Of a DNA stretch of 64,000 nucleotides, positions 1 to 11,849 are shown in pieces. Source of the stretch: the human T2T-CHM13v2.0 reference genome, Homo sapiens. A program made the position numbers and the translations under genes. Location of the stretch: the NCBI RefSeq assembly GCF_009914755.1, contig NC_060940.1; one strand, 5' to 3'. The stretch's first letter is position 1. Each line of letters opens with the position of its first letter. The notes under the pieces are model-generated. The model searched no databases and was not told where the DNA came from. It saw nothing but the letters and a program-made list of their open reading frames with translations.

Positions 1-290
1 ATGATTCCACTCAAATCCATTGGATGATTCCATTCGTGTCCATTCGGTGATTTCATTAGATTCCATTCGAGGATGATTCCATTCGATTCCATTCGATGAT
101 TCCATTCAATTCCATTCGATGATGATTCCATTCCAGTCCATATGATCATTCCATTTGATTTCATTCGATGATGATTCCATTCGATTCCATTCGACGATTC
201 CATTCTATTCCATTCAATGATGATTCCATTCGAGTCCATTCGATGATTCCATTCGAGTCCATTTAATGATTCCATTGGGTTCAATTCAAT

Positions 291-1070
291 GATGATTACA
301 TTGGATTCCGTTCTATGATTCCATTCAATTCCGTTCATTGACAATTTGATTCCATTCGATGATGATTCCATTTGAGTTCATTCGATGATTCTATTCGATT
401 CTCTTCGATGGTGATTCAATTCTATTATATTGGATGATTCCATTCGATTCCATTTGATGTTGATTCAATTCGATTCTATTCGATGATGATTCCATTGGAT
501 TTCACTTGATGATTCTATTCGATTCCATTCAATGATGATTCACTTCTCGTCCATTGGATGATTCCATTTCATTCCATTCGATGATGATTCCATTCGATTC
601 CATTCGATGATTCCATTTGATTCCATGCGACGGTGAGCAATTCGATTCAATTCCATGATGATTCTATTTGATTCAATTAGATGATGTTTCCATTCGAATC
701 CATTCCATGATTATTCCATTGGAATCCATTCGGCGATGATTCCATATGAGTCAATTCAATGATGATTCCATATGGGTCCGTTCGATGATAATTCCATTTG
801 ATTTCATTCGATGCTTCTATTCTATTCCAGTCGATGATGATTCCGTTGGAGTCCATACGATGATTCCATTTGATTTCATTTGATGATGATTCCATTCGAT
901 GATGATTACATTGGATTCCATTCTATGATTCCATTCAATTCCATTCGTTGATGATTCGATTCCATTCAATGATGATTCCATTTGAGTTCATTCGATGATT
1001 CTATTCGATTCCGTTCGATGGTGATTCAATTCTATTATATTGGATGATTCCACTCGATTCCATTTGATGA
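291..1070 (+). repeat. Diverged ~180-bp direct repeat inside each unit (about 291-460 and 901-1070, offset 610 bp)
   Basis: Both blocks run from GATGATTACATTGGATTCC through GAGTTCATTCGATGATTCTATTCG to GGTGATTCAATTCTATTATATTGGATG. Confidence 0.85.
669..679 (-). promoter_or_regulatory. Candidate DUX4-type double-homeodomain site TAATTGAATCA, at the same position in every unit
   Basis: + strand TGATTCAATTA; fits a TAAYBBAATCA-like consensus; DUX4 is known to bind and activate HSATII. Occupancy here is untested. Confidence 0.4.
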
Positions 1071-4000
1071 TTATTCCATTGGAGTCCACTTAGTGAATCC
1101 TTTAGATTCTACTCGACGATGATTCCATTCGAGTCCATTCGATGATACCATTCAATTCCATTCGTTGATGCTTCCATTCAAGTGCATTCGATGATATCAT
1201 TCGATTCCATTTGATGATAATTCCATTTGATTCCATGCGATGATTCTATTCGATTCCCTTCAATGATAATTCCATTCAATTCAGTGATTCCTCTGGACTC
1301 CATTTGATGATGATTCCATTCAATGATTCCATTCGATTCTATTCGAAAATGATTCCATTTGAATCCATTTGATGATGATTCCATTAGATTCCATTTGATG
1401 ATTCCATTCGATTCCATTCGACGATGATTCCATTCGATTCCGTTTGATGATTCCATTCTATTCTATTCGATGATGATTCCATTCGATTCCATTCGATGAT
1501 GATTGGATTCGATTCCATTGGATGATTTCATTTGATTCCATTCGTTAATGATTTCGATCAATTCCATTCGATGATTCCATTCGATTCCATTCGATAATGA
1601 TTACATCCGAGTCCATTCGATGATTCCCTTTGAGCCTGTTCGATAATTCCATTTGAGTCCAACCAATGATTCCATTCATTTCCATTCAATGATTCCATTC
1701 GAGTCCATTTGATCATTCCGGTAGGGTCCATTCGATGTTGATTCCATTGGAGTGCATTCGATGATTCCATTCGAGTCCATTTTAGGATTTGATTCGAGTC
1801 CTTTCGATGATTCCATTCGATTCCACTCGATGATGATTTCATTCGAGTCCATTCGACACTTCCAATCGATTCCATTTGATGATTCCATTCGAGTCCAATT
1901 GATGATTCCATTCAATTCCATTCGATGATGATTCCGTACGATTCCATTCTGTGATGATTCCATGTGATTGCATTCAATGATGATTCCTTTCGATTGCATT
2001 CGATTATGATTCATTTCGTGTTCATTCTATGGTTCCACAGGTTTCCATTCGTGTCCATTCCATTATTCCATTCTATTCCATTTGATGATGATTCCGTTCG
2101 ATTCCATTCATTGGTGATTCCACTCAATTCCATTCAATGATTCCATTCCATTTCTTTCAACAATGATTCCATTAGTTTCTAATCGATGATCCACTTGATT
2201 CCATTTGACGACGATTCCATTCTTGTCCATTCGATGATTCCATTTGATTCCATATGATGATGATTCCATTCGATTCCATACCATGATGATTCCATTCGAG
2301 TCCATTCAATGGTGATTCCATTCAATTCCATTCGATGATTCCTTTTGATTCCATTCGATGATGATGGCATTCGATTCCTTTCAATCATTCCCTTTGATTC
2401 CATTCAAAGGTGATTTCATTCAAGTCCATTCGATAATTGCATTCGATTCCATTCTATGATGATTCCATTCGAGTCCATTTGATGATTCCATTCAATTCAA
2501 GTCAATGATGATTCCATTCGATTCCATTCGATGATTCCATTGGATTCCATTCGATGATGATTCCATTCAAATCCATTCGATAATTCAATTCAAGTTCATT
2601 CGATGATGATTAAAATCGAATCCATTCAAAGATTCCATTCAGTTCCATTCGATGGTTCCTTAGATTCCATTCGATGATTCCACTTGATTCCATTTACGAT
2701 GATTCCATTCGATTCCATGTGATGATTCCATTCAATTCTATTCAATGATGTCTCCATTTGATTCCATTCGACCATGATTGCCTTTGATTCCATTCAATGA
2801 CTCCATTCGGTTCCTTTTGATGATGATTCCGTTCGATTCCATTTCATTATTCCATTTGATTCCATTGGATGAGTCCATTCGATTACATTCGATGATTATT
2901 CCATTCGAGTGCATTAGATGATTCCATTCGAGTCCATTCGATGATTCCATTCGATTCCATTCGATGTTGATTCTGTTCAAATCCATTCGATGATTCCACT
3001 CGATTCCATTCGTTGACTCCATTTGATCCCATTCGATGATTTCCTTTGATTCCCTTTGATGATCATTCCATTTGATTCAATTCGGTGATTTCATTTGATT
3101 CCATTCAGTGATGTTTCCATTCGACTCCATTCGATGATGATTCCATTCGACTCCATTCGATTATGATTTCACTAAATTCCATTCAATAATGATTCCCTTC
3201 GAGTCCATTCGATGATTCCATTCGATTCCATTCAACGATGATTTGATTCGTGTCCATTCGATGATTCCATTTGATTCCACTTGATGATGATTCCATTCGA
3301 GTCCATTTGATGATTCCATTCAATTCCATACTCCGATGATTTCTTTTGAGCCCACTCAATGCTTCCACTCGATTCCATATGATGATGACTCCATTCGATG
3401 AAATTCGATGATGATTCCATTCGCTTGCTTTCGATGATGATTCCACTTGAGTCCGTTAGAAGATTCTATTCAATTACATTCCATGACGATTCCGTTCGAG
3501 TCCATTTGATGATTCCATTAGACTCCATTCGACGATGATTCCATTCGATGTTATTCCATGATTCCATTCGATCTCATTCGATGATGATTCCATTCAACTC
3601 CATTCGATGTTTCCATTCGAGTTCATTCTATTATTCCATTAGATTCCATTCGATGATGATTCCATTCGATTCCATTTGATGATTGCATTCTATTTCATTT
3701 GATGATGATTCCATTCGAGTCCACTCGATGATTCCATTCGAGTCCATTTAATGAATCCATTGGTTTCAATTCTATGATGATTACATTGGATTCCATTCGT
3801 TGATGATTTCATTCGGTTCCATTCCATGATGATTCCATTCCTTTCCATTCAATGATTCCATTCGATTCCGTTTGATGATGATTTCATTCGAGTCCATTTG
3901 ATGATTCCATTGGATTTCTTTCGATGATGATTCCATTCGAGTCCATTCGATGATTCTATTCGAATCCATTTGATGATTTCTTTTGATTATATTTGGTGAT

Positions 4001-5737
4001 GATTCCATTGGAGTCCATTCAATGATTCCATTCTATTCCAATCGATGATGATTCCATTAGAGTCCATTTAATGATTCCATTTGATTCCAGTCTCTGATGA
4101 TTACATTCGAGTCCATACGATGATTCCACTCAATTCCATATGATGATGATTCCATTTGATTCCATTCGGTGATTCCGTTCTATTCTATTCAATGGTGATT
4201 CCATTCGAGTACATTAGATGATTCCATTCGATTCCATTCATTGATGATTCTATTTGTGTCCCTTAGATGATTCCACATGATTCCATTAGATGATGATACT
4301 ATTTGAGCCCATCCAATGATTCCCTTTGATTCCATTCGATGAGGATTCCATTCGATTCAATTCATTGGTGATTCTATTCAATTCAATTCTTTGATTCCAT
4401 TCCATTCCATTCGACAATGATTCCATTCGATTTCTTTCGATGATTCCACTCGATTCCACTTGACATTGATTCCATTCGATTCCATTCAATGATTCCATTT
4501 GATTCCAGTGGATGATGATTGCCATCGATTCCATTCGATCACTCCATTCTATTCCATTTGATGATGATTACATTCGATTCCATTTGATGATTCCATCTGA
4601 TTCTATTCGAGGATTCCATTTGATTCCATTCGATGATGATTCCATTCGAGTCCATTCGATGATTTCATTCGAGTACATCCAATGATTCCATTCGAGTCCA
4701 TTAGATGATTCCATTTGATTCCATTTGAAAATGATTCTACTAGAGTCCATTCAATGACTCCATTCGAGTCCATTCAACAATTCCATTCGACTCCATTCGA
4801 TGATTCCATTCGATTCCATTTGATGGTTCCATTCGAGTCCATTTAATCATTACAGTCGAGTCCATTTGGTGATTCCACTGGATTTCTTTTGATAATGATA
4901 CCATTCAATTACATTTGATGATGATCCCATTCAATTTCATTTGATGATGATTCCATTAGAGTCCATTCGATGATTTCATTCGAGTCCCTTCATTGATTCC
5001 ATCCGATTTCATTGGATGATGACTCCATTCGAGTCCATTCGATGATTCCACTCGATTCCATTAGATGACTCCATTGGAGTCCATTTGATTGTTCCATTCG
5101 ATTCCATTCGATTCCTTTCGAAGATTATTCCATTTGAGTCCATTCGATGATGATTCCATTCCATTCCATTCGATGATTCCGTTTGATTCCATTCGATGAT
5201 TCCCTTCGATTCCTTTCTTTGATGATTCCATTCCATTCCATTCAATGATTCCATTCGAATCTATTCCATGATGATTCCTTTCGATTCCATTCGCTGATGT
5301 TTCCGTTCAATTCCATTCGATGATGATTCCATTCGATTCCATTCATTGAGGATTCCATTTGATTCCATTCAATGATGATTCCATTCTATTCCATTCAATG
5401 ATTGCATTCAATTCCATTCAATGATTATCCCATTAGAGTAAACTCAACGATTCCATTCAATATCATTCGATGATGATTCCTTTTGAGTCCATTCAATGAT
5501 TTCATTCAAGTCCATTTGATGATTCCTTTCAATTCCATTCTATGATGATTCCATTCGAGTCCATTCGATGATTCCATTCGATTGCATTCGATGATTCCAT
5601 TATATTCCATTCAACGATGATTCCATTCGAGTCCATTCCATGATTCCATTAGAGTACATTTAATGATTGCTTTGTTTTCAATTCGAAGATGATTACATTG
5701 GATTCCATTCTATGATACCATTCGATTCCATTCAATG

Positions 5738-8700
5738 ATGATTCCACTCAAATCCATTGGATGATTCCATTCGTGTCCATTCGGTGATTTCATTAGATTC
5801 CATTCGAGGATGATTCCATTCGATTCCATTCGATGATTCCATTCAATTCCATTCGATGATGATTCCATTCCAGTCCATATGATCATTCCATTTGATTTCA
5901 TTCGATGATGATTCCATTCGATTCCATTCGACGATTCCATTCTATTCCATTCAATGATGATTCCATTCGAGTCCATTCGATGATTCCATTCGAGTCCATT
6001 TAATGATTCCATTGGGTTCAATTCAATGATGATTACATTGGATTCCGTTCTATGATTCCATTCAATTCCGTTCATTGACAATTTGATTCCATTCGATGAT
6101 GATTCCATTTGAGTTCATTCGATGATTCTATTCGATTCTCTTCGATGGTGATTCAATTCTATTATATTGGATGATTCCATTCGATTCCATTTGATGTTGA
6201 TTCAATTCGATTCTATTCGATGATGATTCCATTGGATTTCACTTGATGATTCTATTCGATTCCATTCAATGATGATTCACTTCTCGTCCATTGGATGATT
6301 CCATTTCATTCCATTCGATGATGATTCCATTCGATTCCATTCGATGATTCCATTTGATTCCATGCGACGGTGAGCAATTCGATTCAATTCCATGATGATT
6401 CTATTTGATTCAATTAGATGATGTTTCCATTCGAATCCATTCCATGATTATTCCATTGGAATCCATTCGGCGATGATTCCATATGAGTCAATTCAATGAT
6501 GATTCCATATGGGTCCGTTCGATGATAATTCCATTTGATTTCATTCGATGCTTCTATTCTATTCCAGTCGATGATGATTCCGTTGGAGTCCATACGATGA
6601 TTCCATTTGATTTCATTTGATGATGATTCCATTCGATGATGATTACATTGGATTCCATTCTATGATTCCATTCAATTCCATTCGTTGATGATTCGATTCC
6701 ATTCAATGATGATTCCATTTGAGTTCATTCGATGATTCTATTCGATTCCGTTCGATGGTGATTCAATTCTATTATATTGGATGATTCCACTCGATTCCAT
6801 TTGATGATTATTCCATTGGAGTCCACTTAGTGAATCCTTTAGATTCTACTCGACGATGATTCCATTCGAGTCCATTCGATGATACCATTCAATTCCATTC
6901 GTTGATGCTTCCATTCAAGTGCATTCGATGATATCATTCGATTCCATTTGATGATAATTCCATTTGATTCCATGCGATGATTCTATTCGATTCCCTTCAA
7001 TGATAATTCCATTCAATTCAGTGATTCCTCTGGACTCCATTTGATGATGATTCCATTCAATGATTCCATTCGATTCTATTCGAAAATGATTCCATTTGAA
7101 TCCATTTGATGATGATTCCATTAGATTCCATTTGATGATTCCATTCGATTCCATTCGACGATGATTCCATTCGATTCCGTTTGATGATTCCATTCTATTC
7201 TATTCGATGATGATTCCATTCGATTCCATTCGATGATGATTGGATTCGATTCCATTGGATGATTTCATTTGATTCCATTCGTTAATGATTTCGATCAATT
7301 CCATTCGATGATTCCATTCGATTCCATTCGATAATGATTACATCCGAGTCCATTCGATGATTCCCTTTGAGCCTGTTCGATAATTCCATTTGAGTCCAAC
7401 CAATGATTCCATTCATTTCCATTCAATGATTCCATTCGAGTCCATTTGATCATTCCGGTAGGGTCCATTCGATGTTGATTCCATTGGAGTGCATTCGATG
7501 ATTCCATTCGAGTCCATTTTAGGATTTGATTCGAGTCCTTTCGATGATTCCATTCGATTCCACTCGATGATGATTTCATTCGAGTCCATTCGACACTTCC
7601 AATCGATTCCATTTGATGATTCCATTCGAGTCCAATTGATGATTCCATTCAATTCCATTCGATGATGATTCCGTACGATTCCATTCTGTGATGATTCCAT
7701 GTGATTGCATTCAATGATGATTCCTTTCGATTGCATTCGATTATGATTCATTTCGTGTTCATTCTATGGTTCCACAGGTTTCCATTCGTGTCCATTCCAT
7801 TATTCCATTCTATTCCATTTGATGATGATTCCGTTCGATTCCATTCATTGGTGATTCCACTCAATTCCATTCAATGATTCCATTCCATTTCTTTCAACAA
7901 TGATTCCATTAGTTTCTAATCGATGATCCACTTGATTCCATTTGACGACGATTCCATTCTTGTCCATTCGATGATTCCATTTGATTCCATATGATGATGA
8001 TTCCATTCGATTCCATACCATGATGATTCCATTCGAGTCCATTCAATGGTGATTCCATTCAATTCCATTCGATGATTCCTTTTGATTCCATTCGATGATG
8101 ATGGCATTCGATTCCTTTCAATCATTCCCTTTGATTCCATTCAAAGGTGATTTCATTCAAGTCCATTCGATAATTGCATTCGATTCCATTCTATGATGAT
8201 TCCATTCGAGTCCATTTGATGATTCCATTCAATTCAAGTCAATGATGATTCCATTCGATTCCATTCGATGATTCCATTGGATTCCATTCGATGATGATTC
8301 CATTCAAATCCATTCGATAATTCAATTCAAGTCCATTCGATGATGATTCCAATCGAATCCATTCAAAGATTCCATTCAGTTCCATTCGATGATTCCCTTA
8401 GATTCCATTCGATGATTCCACTTGATTGCATTTACGATGATTCCATTCGATTCCATGTGATGATTCCATTCAATTCTATTCAATGATGTCTCCATTTGAT
8501 TCCATTCGACCATGATTGCCTTTGATTCCATTCAATGATTCCATTCGGTTCCGTTTGATGATGATTCCGTTCGATTCCATTTGATGATTCCATTTGATTC
8601 CATTGGATGAGTCCATTCGATTACATTCGATGATTATTCCATTCGAGTGCATTAGATGATTCCATTCGAGTCCATTCGATGATTCCATTCGATTCCATTC

Positions 8701-11700
8701 GATGTTGATTCTGTTCAAATCCATTCGATGATTCCACTCGATTCCATTCGTTGACTCCATTTGATCCCATTCGATGATTTCCTTTGATTCCCTTTGATGA
8801 TCATTCCATTTGATTCAATTCGGTGATTTCATTTGATTCCATTCAGTGATGTTTCCATTCGACTCCATTCGATGATGATTCCATTCGACTCCATTCGATT
8901 ATGATTTCATTCAATTCCATTCGATAATGATTCCCTTCGAGTCCATTCGATGATTCCATTCGATTCCATTCAACGATGATTTGATTCGTGTCCATTCGAT
9001 GATTCCATTTGATTCCACTTGATGATGATTCCATTCGAGTCCATTTGATGATTCCATTCAATTCCATACTCCGATGATTTCTTTTGAGCCCACTCAATGC
9101 TTCCACTCGATTCCATATGATGATGACTCCATTCGATGAAATTCGATGATGATTCCATTCGCTTGCTTTCGATGATGATTCCACTTGAGTCCGTTAGAAG
9201 ATTCTATTCAATTACATTCCATGACGATTCCGTTCGAGTCCATTTGATGATTCCATTAGACTCCATTCGACGATGATTCCATTCGATGTTATTCGATGAT
9301 TCCATTCGATCTCATTCGATGATGATTCCATTCAACTCCATTCGATGTTTCCATTCGAGTTCATTCTATTATTCCATTAGATTCCATTCGATGATGATTC
9401 CATTCGATTCCATTTGATGATTGCATTCTATTTCATTTGATGATGATTCCATTCGAGTCCACTCGATGATTCCATTCGAGTCCATTTAATGAATCCATTG
9501 GTTTCAATTCTATGATGATTACATTGGATTCCATTCGTTGATGATTTCATTCGGTTCCATTCAATGATGATTCCATTCAATTCCTTTCAATGTTTCCATT
9601 CAATTCCATACGATGATGATTCCATTTGATTTGATTCGACAGTGAGCCATTCGATTCAATTCCATGATGATTCTATTTGATTCAATTGGTTGACATTTCC
9701 ATTCGATTCCATTCGATGATGATTCCCTTTGATTCCGTTCAAAGATGATTCCATTCTAGCCCATTCAATCATTCCATTCGATTCTATTCAATGATGATTC
9801 CATTCATGTCGATTTGGTGATTCCATTTGACTTCATTTGATGATGATTCCTTTCAAGTTCATTAGATGATTCCATTCGATTCCATTTGATGATGATCCCA
9901 TTCGAGTCCATTCAGTGATTCCATTCGTTTCCATTCCATGATGATTCCATTCCTTTCCATTCAATGATTCCATTCGATTCCGTTTGATGATGATTTCATT
10001 CGAGTCCATTTGATGATTCCATTTGATTCCATTCGATGATGATTCCATTCGAGTCCATTCGATGATTCTATTCGAATCCATTTGATGATTTCTTTTGATT
10101 ATATTTGGTGATGATTCCATTGGAGTCCATTCAATGATTCCATTCTATTCCAATCGATGATGATTCCATTAGAGCCCATTTAATGATTCCATTTGATTCC
10201 AGTCTCTGATGATTACATTCGAGTCCATACGATGATTCCACTCAATTCCATATGATGATGATTCCATTTGATTCCATTCGGTGATTCCATTCTATTCTAT
10301 TCAATGGTGATTCCATTCGAGTACATTAGATGATTCCATTCGATTCCATTCAATGATGATTCTATTTGTGTCCCTTAGATGATTCCACATGATTCCATTA
10401 GATGATGATACTATTTGAGCCCATCCAATGATTCCCTTCGATTCCATTCGATGAGGATTCCATTCGATTCAATTCATTGGTGATTCTATTCAATTCAATT
10501 CTTTGATTCCATTCCATTCCATTCGACAATGATTCCATTCGATTTCTTTCGATGATTCCACTCGATTCCACTTGACACTGATTCCATTCGATTCCATTCA
10601 ATGATTCCATTTGATTCCAGTGGATGATGATTGCCATCGATTCCATTCGATCACTCCATTCTATTCCATTTGATGATGATTACATTCGATTCCATTTGAT
10701 GATTCCATCTGATTCTATTCGAGGATTCCATTTGATTCCATTCGATGATGATTCCATTCGAGTCCATTCGATGATTTCATTCGAGTACATCCAATGATTC
10801 CATTCGAGTCCATTAGATGATTCCATTTGATTCCATTTGAAAATGATTCTACTAGAGTCCATTCAATGACTCCATTCGATTCCATTCAACAATTCCATTC
10901 GACTCCATTCGATGATTCCATTCGATTCCATTTGATGGTTCCATTCGAGTCCATTTAATCATTACAGTCGAGTCCATTTGGTGATTCCACTGGATTTCTT
11001 TTGATAATGATACCATTCAATTACATTTGATGATGATCCCATTCAATTTCATTTGATGATGATTCCATTAGAGTCCATTCGATGATTTCATTCGAGTCCC
11101 TTCATTGATTCCATCCGATTTCATTGGATGATGACTCCATTCGAGTCCATTCGATGATTCCACTCGATTCCATTAGATGACTCCATTGGAGTCCATTTGA
11201 TTGTTCCATTCGATTCCATTCGATTCCTTTCGAAGATTATTCCATTTGAGTCCATTCGATGATGATTCCATTCCATTCCATTCGATGATTCCGTTTGATT
11301 CCATTCGATGATTCCCTTCGATTCCTTTCTTTGATGATTCCATTCCATTCCATTCAATGATTCCATTCGAATCTATTCCATGATGATTCCTTTCGATTCC
11401 ATTCGCTGATGTTTCCGTTCAATTCCATTCGATGATGATTCCATTCGATTCCATTCATTGAGGATTCCATTTGATTCCATTCAATGATGATTCCATTCTA
11501 TTCCATTCAATGATTGCATTCAATTCCATTCAATGATTATCCCCTTAGAGTAAACTCAACGATTCCATTCAATACCATTCGATGATGATTCCTTTTGAGT
11601 CCATTCAATGATTTCATTCAAGTCCATTTGATGATTCCTTTCAATTCCATTCTATGATGATTCCATTCGAGTCCATTCGATGATTCCATTCGATTGCATT

Positions 11701-11849
11701 CGATGATTCCATTATATTCCAGTCAACGATGATTCCATTCGAGTCCATTCGATGATTCCATTAGAGTACATTTAATGATTGCTTTGTTTTCAATTCGAAG
11801 ATGATTACATTGGATTCCATTCTATGATACCATTCGATTCCATTCAATG
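5738..11849 (+). repeat. Unit U2, full length (6,112 bp)
   Basis: Anchors 6414 to 12526 differ by 6112. Confidence 0.93.
9563..9936 (+). other. 374-bp segment present in full units and absent from U1, U4 and U7
   Basis: Flanked by TTCCATTC at 9555-9562 and 9929-9936; short units keep one copy (3817-3824, 21778-21785, 39740-39747). Confidence 0.92.

Larger units (their letters stand above)
1..5737 (+). repeat. Unit U1, short variant (5,737 bp; 374-bp deletion plus 1-bp deletion); unit phase arbitrarily set at position 1
   Basis: ATGATTCCACTCAAATCCATTGG recurs at 1 and 5738; equivalent ORF anchors at 677 and 6414. Confidence 0.93.

Noticed and set aside
714-775. Short palindrome-like words (TTCCATTGGAA, CATATG) as hairpins or terminators
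   Set aside because: Stems are too short and arise readily from point changes in the satellite consensus.
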